This document shows positions 25,429 through 32,000 of a DNA stretch of 32,000 nt, piece by piece. Positions within the stretch are counted from its first letter, which is position 1. Every line of letters starts with the position of its first letter. The DNA comes from Candidatus Electronema halotolerans (lineage in GTDB: Bacteria > Desulfobacterota > Desulfobulbia > Desulfobulbales > Desulfobulbaceae). A program made the position numbers and the translations under genes. The stretch spans positions 3,167,951 through 3,199,950 of the forward strand of contig OW818675.1 of NCBI GenBank assembly GCA_942493095.1, in the 5' to 3' direction. Under the pieces are notes generated by a model. That model did not search any database, was not told where the DNA came from, and worked only from the letters and a program-made list of their open reading frames with translations.

Positions 25429-28400
25429 ATGCCCTACATCGCCGACCTCCACACCCATTCGCAGTACTCCCGCGCCACCAGCAAGAGCAGCACCCTGCCC
25501 GGCTTGGCGGCTTGGGCGGCAGTCAAGGGCATTGACCTTGTCGCCACTGGCGATTTCACCCATCCGGGCTGGTTCGCCCATCTGTGCGAGCATCTCGAAC
25601 CAGCAGAGCCGGGCCTGTTCCGCCTCAAACAGCCGCCCTCTGCCGCTGAATTAACTGCGCTTCTGCCGCCCGGCCTGCAAGCAGACTGCTCGCGCATCCG
25701 CTTCCTTCTCAGCGCGGAAATCAGCTCAATCTACAAGCGCGGCGGCAAGGTGCGCAAAATCCACAGCATTCTTTATGCCCCGGATTTCGAGGCCGTGCGC
25801 CGGATCAACAGCGTGCTGGCCGGCATCGGCAATCTGGAGGCCGACGGCAGGCCCATCCTCGGCTTGGACGCGGAAAAGCTGCTCGCTGTCCTCCTTGAAC
25901 AGGCTCCAGAAGGATTCCTCGTTCCCGCCCATATCTGGACCCCGTGGTTCTCCCTCTTCGGCTCCAAATCCGGCTTTGACAGCATTGAGGAATGCTTCGG
26001 CGACCTGAGCAGCGAAATTTTCGCCTTGGAAACCGGGCTTTCCTCAGACCCGGAAATGAACCGCCACATCTCGGCCTTGGACCGCTTCTCGCTCATTTCC
26101 AATTCAGACTGCCACTCGCCGAGCAAACTGGGCCGGAACTGCAATATCTTTGACACAGAACTTGATTTTTTCGCTTTGCAGCAGGCACTGCGCCAGCCGC
26201 AGGACGCAGCAGGCAGGCAGCGTTTCCAAGCCACGATTGAATTTTATCCTGAAGAGGGCAAGTACCACTGCGACGGCCATCGCAAATGCGGGGTCTGTTT
26301 TGAACCTGCCCAGACCGTGGCCGCCAAAGGCATCTGCCCGGAATGCGGCAGACCGCTGACTGTCGGGGTGCTGTATCGGGTGATGGAGTTGGCTGACCGC
26401 GAGACTGCGCTTTGGCCGACCGGCTCGCCAGCAGTTCACAGCCTGATTCCCCTGCCAGAGCTGCTCGGCGAGCTGTTCAACTGCGGCCCGGCCACCAAAA
26501 AAGTGGAAACTGCTTATGCCAAGCTGATCAATACCTTCGGCTCGGAATTCCGTCTTCTGCTGGCAACGCCGCTGCCGGAGATTGCCGTCGTTTCGCCGCT
26601 CTTGGCTGAGGCAATCAAGCGGGTGCGCGAAAAGCAAGTCATCCGCAAGCCCGGCTTTGACGGCGAATTCGGCGTGATCCGCGTTTTTGCCGAAAATGAG
26701 CAGGCAGAACTGGGCGGGCAGATGAATCTTTTTGGCCTGCGTCCGGCCAAACCCCGCGCTAAGAAAGCAGCGCAGAAGACTGTTTTCCGTAAACGCGATA
26801 CGGCGACGGCTTTACAGTCAGAAGGAAAAAAGTTGCTCAACCCGGAGCAGCAGGCAGCGGTTGCAAGTCAGGCTGCCAAGATTCTCGTGCAGGCCGGGCC
26901 GGGTACTGGCAAGACGCACACCCTTGTCCAGCGGGCTGTGCGTCTGCTGGATAACGGCCAAGGGCCGCTGGCAGTCATCACTTTCACCAACAAGGCGGCT
27001 GAGGAAATCCGCCAGCGGTTGGCTGCGGCAACAGACAATGCGCCAGTTTGGGTGGACACCTTCCACGGTTTCTGCCTGCACTGGTTGCGGCAGCATCAGC
27101 CTGAGCTTGCTTTGGTCGGGCCAGCGATGCGGCAGCGGATTTTCCTCCGCCAATATCCGCAGCTCTCCGAGCGCGAACGGAACAAGCTCCAGCGGCAGGC
27201 AGGGCTGTTTTTGGCAGAGCAGCCGGTCTTGCCGGAAAACTATGCTGAAGATGACCCGTTGCGGCCTTATTTTGCCTATCTCCGCGCACACAATTTGCTT
27301 GATCTGGACGAGGCAGTTCCGGCCTGCACCGCCCTTTTGCACGGAGACAGCGAGTTTGCCGCCGAGCTGCGGGCGGCTGTCGCGCATTTGCTCGTGGATG
27401 AATTTCAAGACCTTAATGCCGCCCAATACGAATTAGTCCGCCTCTTGGCGGAAACTGCTTCAATCTTTGCCATCGGCGACCCAGATCAGGCCATTTACGG
27501 TTTCCGGGGCGCGAATCCGGCCTGGTTCCGCCGTTTCGCCGAAGAGGAGCAGCCGGAACGCCATCATCTGACTGCCAACTACCGCAGCGGCGCAGCGATT
27601 CTGGAAGCAGCGGTGGCAGTGATTGCCAACAATTATCCACCCGATACAAAACAGAGCTTTGGCAAGGCGGCCAGCAATAAACAGGCACTGCTCTATCGTC
27701 ATGCCGCTGCCACCGCTGCTGCTGAGGCCAGATTTGTTGCCGAGCAAATTCAGCAGCTCATCGGCGGCACCTCGCACCGGGAGATTGACCGGCTGGCCGG
27801 GGCTGAAGGCGGGCTTGCCCTATCCGAGATAGCCATTCTCTGCCGCACCGCCCGGCAAATGCCGCTTATTGCCCAAGCCTTGGCCGAGCGCACCATTCCC
27901 TGTCAGGCGGTTGATCTACAGCCTTTTTATCTGAGCGGTGAAACCAAGATTCTCTATTATTGGATATTGCTGGCTGCGGAACGGATTGATCAGGCGGAAC
28001 TGCTCGTTCTTTTGGAAAACGATGAGGTCAGCAAAGAATTGCTTGCTGCGGCTGAACAGGTCTTGGCAGAACAGGAGAACAGCCGTTCACCGCTGGCGGA
28101 CTTACTGGCTGTAGATTCTTTGCCGGAATTGTTGCGGAATTGTCTCGCCAAAACGGCGGAATTTGCTGCCCAGCTTGCTCAGGAAGCACCTGTTGCTGCG
28201 GTTGACCGCATCACAGCCAATTGCGGCCTGAACAAGGATGATTCCGATAGTATCCGTTTCCGTAACATGGCTGCATCCGCCGTATCCCTGCCAGCCTTTG
28301 CCGAACATCTTCGCCGCCACGAGAACAGCGTCATCTATGATGAGCGGGCCGAGGCTGTGCTGCTTGCCACTCTCCACGCAGCCAAGGGCTTGGAGTTCAA

Positions 28401-28704
28401 GGCGGTCTTTGTCACTGGCTGCGAAGAGGGGCTGCTGCCGCTGACTCCCCGCGCCGCCCTCGACTCAGCAGCAGAGCAGGAACATCTTGCTGAGGAGCGG
28501 CGGCTCTTCTTTGTCGGCCTGACCCGCGCTGCGGAAACCCTCTATCTGTGCAGCGCAGGCGAACGGCAGGGCTTTGCCGGTATCCAACGCCAGACACCTT
28601 CCCACTTTCTTGCCGAAATTCCGGCGGAACTGCTCAACAGTCCGCTCCTGTCGAAGAAAAAATCTAAGAAAAGAAGTGCGGGCAAGCAGTTGCTGTTGTT
28701 TTAA
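25429..28704 (+). CDS. PHP-domain / zinc-ribbon / UvrD-type helicase fusion protein
   Basis: Start MPYIADLHTHSQYSRATSKSSTLPGLAAWAAVKGIDLVATGDFTHPGW (PHP). Then CGVCFEPAQTVAAKGICPECGRPL, then LNPEQQAAVASQAAKILVQAGPGTGKTHTLVQRA, LLVDEFQDLNAAQYELV and TLHAAKGLEFKAVFVTGCEEGLLPL. Confidence 0.93.
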   Translation: MPYIADLHTHSQYSRATSKSSTLPGLAAWAAVKGIDLVATGDFTHPGWFAHLCEHLEPAEPGLFRLKQPPSAAELTALLPPGLQADCSRIRFLLSAEISSIYKRGGKVRKIHSILYAPDFEAVRRINSVLAGIGNLEADGRPILGLDAEKLLAVLLEQAPEGFLVPAHIWTPWFSLFGSKSGFDSIEECFGDLSSEIFALETGLSSDPEMNRHISALDRFSLISNSDCHSPSKLGRNCNIFDTELDFFALQQALRQPQDAAGRQRFQATIEFYPEEGKYHCDGHRKCGVCFEPAQTVAAKGICPECGRPLTVGVLYRVMELADRETALWPTGSPAVHSLIPLPELLGELFNCGPATKKVETAYAKLINTFGSEFRLLLATPLPEIAVVSPLLAEAIKRVREKQVIRKPGFDGEFGVIRVFAENEQAELGGQMNLFGLRPAKPRAKKAAQKTVFRKRDTATALQSEGKKLLNPEQQAAVASQAAKILVQAGPGTGKTHTLVQRAVRLLDNGQGPLAVITFTNKAAEEIRQRLAAATDNAPVWVDTFHGFCLHWLRQHQPELALVGPAMRQRIFLRQYPQLSERERNKLQRQAGLFLAEQPVLPENYAEDDPLRPYFAYLRAHNLLDLDEAVPACTALLHGDSEFAAELRAAVAHLLVDEFQDLNAAQYELVRLLAETASIFAIGDPDQAIYGFRGANPAWFRRFAEEEQPERHHLTANYRSGAAILEAAVAVIANNYPPDTKQSFGKAASNKQALLYRHAAATAAAEARFVAEQIQQLIGGTSHREIDRLAGAEGGLALSEIAILCRTARQMPLIAQALAERTIPCQAVDLQPFYLSGETKILYYWILLAAERIDQAELLVLLENDEVSKELLAAAEQVLAEQENSRSPLADLLAVDSLPELLRNCLAKTAEFAAQLAQEAPVAAVDRITANCGLNKDDSDSIRFRNMAASAVSLPAFAEHLRRHENSVIYDERAEAVLLATLHAAKGLEFKAVFVTGCEEGLLPLTPRAALDSAAEQEHLAEERRLFFVGLTRAAETLYLCSAGERQGFAGIQRQTPSHFLAEIPAELLNSPLLSKKKSKKRSAGKQLLLF

Positions 28705-28860
28705 TGCAGCTGTCTGCCGTCGAAGTCAATAGCTGCTCCTGTGTTTTGGTGCTATAATTGCATGAAGTGACGGAAGCCCGGAGTGCCGCTCTGTGCTTGA
28801 TCCATAAAAATATCCTTCAGAATTAGTCAATTACCTTTTTTTATCAACAAAGGATGCACG

Positions 28861-29634
28861 ATGGCCAATCAAGACCCTTACCGCCCAATGAGCGGCAGCG
28901 AGACCTTCACCTTTTCCTGTCATGCCGAGGTGCCCTGCTTCAACGACTGCTGCCGTCAGATTGATGTGGTGCTCACCCCGTATGATGTGCTGCGCCTGAA
29001 AAAACGGCTCAAGCTGGATTCAGCAGCCTTTCTTGAACGCTACGTGATCGTGGAATGGGAGGAGGGCATGCGTTTTCCCCACTGCTTCCTGACTATGGTT
29101 GATGACGGCAGGGCGAGCTGCGTTTTTGTCAAGGATGACGGGTGCAGCGTTTATGAGGACCGGCCCACGGTCTGCCGGGCTTATCCTGCCGGACGCGGGG
29201 CCTCGCGCCGGGTTGACGGCACAGTGACTGAGCAGTTTGTCCTTGTCCGGGAGCCGCACTGCAAGGGCTTCACCTTTGGCCCCAAGCAGACTGTGCCGGA
29301 GTATCTGCAATCGCAAGGGCTGACTGAATACAACCGCTTCAACGATCAGCTCCTTCAGCTGCTCCAGCATCCCAAGGTCCGGGCCGGTTTCCGGCCAACG
29401 CGGGCGCAGATGCAGCAGTTCATCCTTGCTCTGTACAATGTCGATATGTTCCGCCGGGAGCTGCTCGCAGGCCGGGTCAAGATGAAGCAGCCGCTCTCAC
29501 CGCTGGAGTCGCGCTCTGTCATCTCCGGTGATGACAAATCCCTGCTGATTCTTGGGGTGCGCTGGCTGGTGGAGGAGTATTTCGGTGAATACTGGAGCGG
29601 AAGCGAATACCGCAAGACCGCCTATGCGCCCTGA
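28861..29634 (+). CDS. YkgJ-type cysteine cluster protein
   Basis: FSCHAEVPCFNDCCRQIDVVLTPYDVLRLKKRL...CSVYEDRPTVCRAYPAGRG. Confidence 0.85.
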   Translation: MANQDPYRPMSGSETFTFSCHAEVPCFNDCCRQIDVVLTPYDVLRLKKRLKLDSAAFLERYVIVEWEEGMRFPHCFLTMVDDGRASCVFVKDDGCSVYEDRPTVCRAYPAGRGASRRVDGTVTEQFVLVREPHCKGFTFGPKQTVPEYLQSQGLTEYNRFNDQLLQLLQHPKVRAGFRPTRAQMQQFILALYNVDMFRRELLAGRVKMKQPLSPLESRSVISGDDKSLLILGVRWLVEEYFGEYWSGSEYRKTAYAP

Positions 29635-29699
29635 TAGTCATTCCAACAGCCCTTTGACAGGCTCAGGACACGGTTGCGCCTGTCAAAGGAATAACCTGC

Positions 29700-31541
29700 T
29701 CACTCTGGCCGCAAGCTCAGGTGCTCCATAATGTAACGGCGGCGGACAGGCGTGTTCTTGCCCATGTAGAATTCCATTATCGGACGCACTTCGGCCAAAC
29801 TGTCAAGCCGCACCGGTTGCAGGCGCATTTCCGGGCCAATGAACTGCTTGAACTCTGGCGGCGAAATCTCGCCCAAGCCCTTGAAACGGGTCACTTCAGC
29901 ATTGCTGCTGCCGCTCTTCAAGCTGCGCACAGCCTCATCCTTTTCCCGCTCCGAGTAGCAGTAAATCGTCTGCTTCCTGTTCCGCACCCGGAAGATCGGG
30001 GTCTCCAAAATATAGACATGGCCCTGCCTGATGAGCAGGTCAAAATAATGAAGGAAAAAAGTCAGGAGCAGATTGCGGATATGCAGGCCATCGACATCCG
30101 CATCTGTGGCAAGAATGACTTTGTCAAAGCGGAGACCAGCAACCGACTCCTCCACATTCAGGCTCCGCATCAGGGCGTACATTTCCTCATTTTTATAGAG
30201 TAAGTCCAGCCGCTGACCAAAGACATTCATTGGCTTGCCCTTGAGCGAGAACACGGCCTGAATAAGCGGATCGCGGGAGGAGACGATTGAGCCTGCCGCA
30301 GACTGCCCTTCGGTGATGAAGAGCATGTTTTCCTCGCCCGGCTTGGACGGCTTGCCCGGCTGCGGATGATATTTGCAGTCCTTGAGCTGCGGTATTTTGA
30401 AAGCAACCTTTTTAGCCTGCGCCTTGGCCTCCTTGCGCACAGTTTGCAATTCCTTGCGCACCCGCTCATTGCGCTGGGCCTTGGCAAGCAGCAGCTCCGC
30501 TGTTTCCGGGTGCTTGTAGAGATGGGTGGCCACGGCTTCCCGCACTGCATTGACAAGCCAAGGCCGGATGTCGGTGTTGCCGAGCTTGTTCTTGGTCTGC
30601 GACTCAAAGACCGGCTCCTGCACCTTGACCGCGAGGATGCCGACCAAGCCGTCGCGCACATCTTGGCCTGTGTATTTTTTGCCGGAAAACTCGTTCACCC
30701 CCTTGAGAATGCCCTCACGGAAAGCGGAAAGATGGGTGCCGCCCTCGGATGTGTAGGTGCCATTGACAAAGGAATAATAGGTTTCAGTGTATTCCTCAGT
30801 GTGGGTGAAGACAAATTCCAAGGCGGTCTGAGCAGATTCAATGGCCGGATAAATGCCGTTGTTGTCCAATTCTTTATCCAGCATGTCGGGCAGACCTTTT
30901 TTGGAAAAGTATTCCCTGCCCGGCTCATCCGCCCAGTTCAGGCGCAGGCGAAGCCCGGCATTGAGATAGGCATACCGCCAGAGTCGCTGCTCAATATAGC
31001 TGAGATCAAAAATGAACTCAGGAAACAGCTCCTTGTCCGGCAAAAATTCCACCAAGGTGCCGTTCGGCTCGCCGCTTTCCCCTTCCTCCTCCTGCGCCAG
31101 CACACCATGAGCAAAAATCGCCTTCTTGAAGCGGCCCTCCCGGTGCGAACAGACCATGAACTGCTCAGACAGGGCATTGACCGCCTTGGTGCCCACGCCG
31201 TTCAAGCCGACCGAAAACTGGAAAACCTCGGTGTTGTATTTCGCGCCAGTGTTGATCATGGACACGCATTCCACCACCTTGCCGAGCGGAATGCCCCGGC
31301 CATAGTCGCGCACACAGCAGCGGCCCGCCGCATCAACAGCAATCTCGACCCGCTTGCCGCAGCCCATGATGAACTCATCAACTGCGTTGTCGACCACCTC
31401 TTTGAGGAGGATATAGATGCCGTCGTCTGGGTCAGAACCATTGCCAAGGCGGCCAATGTACATGCCGGGCCGCTTGCGGATGTGCTCAAGCGAACTGAGG
31501 GTTTTGATCTTGGATTCGTCGTACTGATGCTGGGCTGCCAC
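29700..31541 (-). CDS. parE: DNA topoisomerase IV subunit B / type IIA topoisomerase B subunit
   Basis: Motifs YDESKIKTLSSLEHIRKRPGMYIG, LKEVVDNAVDEF, GRGIPLG, SVGLNGVGTKAVNALS, LFITEGQSAAGSIVSSRDPLIQAVFSLKGKPMNVFG, ATDADVDGLHIRNLLLTFF. The best start is a GTG at 31541; the longer upstream extension looks non-coding. parE versus gyrB not resolved by genome context. Confidence 0.88.
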   Translation of the reverse strand: MAAQHQYDESKIKTLSSLEHIRKRPGMYIGRLGNGSDPDDGIYILLKEVVDNAVDEFIMGCGKRVEIAVDAAGRCCVRDYGRGIPLGKVVECVSMINTGAKYNTEVFQFSVGLNGVGTKAVNALSEQFMVCSHREGRFKKAIFAHGVLAQEEEGESGEPNGTLVEFLPDKELFPEFIFDLSYIEQRLWRYAYLNAGLRLRLNWADEPGREYFSKKGLPDMLDKELDNNGIYPAIESAQTALEFVFTHTEEYTETYYSFVNGTYTSEGGTHLSAFREGILKGVNEFSGKKYTGQDVRDGLVGILAVKVQEPVFESQTKNKLGNTDIRPWLVNAVREAVATHLYKHPETAELLLAKAQRNERVRKELQTVRKEAKAQAKKVAFKIPQLKDCKYHPQPGKPSKPGEENMLFITEGQSAAGSIVSSRDPLIQAVFSLKGKPMNVFGQRLDLLYKNEEMYALMRSLNVEESVAGLRFDKVILATDADVDGLHIRNLLLTFFLHYFDLLIRQGHVYILETPIFRVRNRKQTIYCYSEREKDEAVRSLKSGSSNAEVTRFKGLGEISPPEFKQFIGPEMRLQPVRLDSLAEVRPIMEFYMGKNTPVRRRYIMEHLSLRPE

Positions 31542-31765
31542 GGTGTCAAACTGGGATGAAGTAAGGAATGATTCGGGAAAAACTGGCCCAGTGTACCCTT
31601 TGCCGCGTGGCAAGTCAAAAGGATATAGCGGCCCGCTGACAGAGCGGTTCCTGAAAAAGAGGGCTGGCAAAAAACGAACTGGCTGGTTATCATGGTCTGA
31701 TAACAGAAAAAAACACTGCCGCTGCAAGCTGCAATTACCGCAACCCGGAGATTTTGGGAGCTTTT

Positions 31766-32000
31766 ATGAAGATCAGAAGAACACTTGCTGGCATTCTGAC
31801 CAGCCGCTATGGTGCTTTGTTATTATTTCTCGGCACCTATCTTTGCGTTTCTTGGCTGACCCGCCTTGCGCTTCTTGTTCATTCCGCCGCCAACCTTGCC
31901 TGGAATTTTAGTCTGCTGGCCGCCGCAGGCTGGGGCCTGCTTTTTGATCTGGCCGCAGGCGCGTGGCTCTCGCTGCCGCTGCTTGTGGTGCTGCTGCTCC
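31766..32000 (+). CDS. N-terminus of an integral membrane protein (possibly a sulfatase / LTA synthase-like protein); truncated
   Basis: GGGAG site then MKIRRTLAGILTSRYGALLLFLGTYLCVSWLTRLALLVHSAANLAWNFSLLAAAGWGLLFDLAAGAWLSLPLLVVLLL, open to the window end. Confidence 0.5.
   Translation, partial: MKIRRTLAGILTSRYGALLLFLGTYLCVSWLTRLALLVHSAANLAWNFSLLAAAGWGLLFDLAAGAWLSLPLLVVLLL

Noticed and set aside
26818-27436. Overlapping ORFs on both strands inside the helicase region (26732..27436 + and 26818..27426 -)
   Set aside because: Both lie inside the UvrD helicase motif region in other frames; Ser/Arg-rich or Gln-rich shadow translations.
1-32000. CRISPR arrays, tRNA/rRNA genes and transposases
   Set aside because: Looked for regularly spaced repeats, tRNA-like cloverleaf ends, rRNA signatures and DDE/serine/tyrosine recombinase proteins; none were apparent by reading. 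A tRNAscan/CRISPR/ISfinder run would be needed to be certain.

Overview
GC-rich chromosomal window, most like a sulfate-reducing or sulfur-metabolising Desulfobacterota (Desulfobulbaceae-like by protein character; this is inference). Ordinary core content: a minus-strand dsrM-dsrK-dsrJ operon with an RsbRD-type gene upstream of dsrM and a strong intrinsic terminator directly after dsrJ (no dsrO/dsrP follows); a tail-specific S41 protease; a DUF1015 protein; a DUF4340 / GldF-GldG-type fused permease / ABC ATPase operon; an NhaD-like antiporter; a TPR protein; folK; an RdgC-like pair; ribF; a porin; a two-CW protein; a PHP+UvrD fusion helicase; a YkgJ-type cysteine cluster protein; and parE. The most unusual part is about 21.9-25.4 kb. 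This accessory island carries a cupin, a xisH-xisI pair, a PIN toxin with its antitoxin, a hidden C-terminal HigA-like antitoxin remnant, and an AT-rich pair made of a MltR/HEPN-like protein (RNQFAH motif) and a multi-TM coiled-coil membrane protein. Its left edge holds a decayed, internally deleted copy of the 5' end of the PHP-UvrD gene that sits intact at its right edge. Other hidden items are an orphan thrombospondin type-3 repeat tail at about 8.8-8.98 kb and a small exported-protein gene that appears frameshifted in an A6 tract at about 21.58 kb. I saw no CRISPR array, tRNA, rRNA or recognisable transposase.
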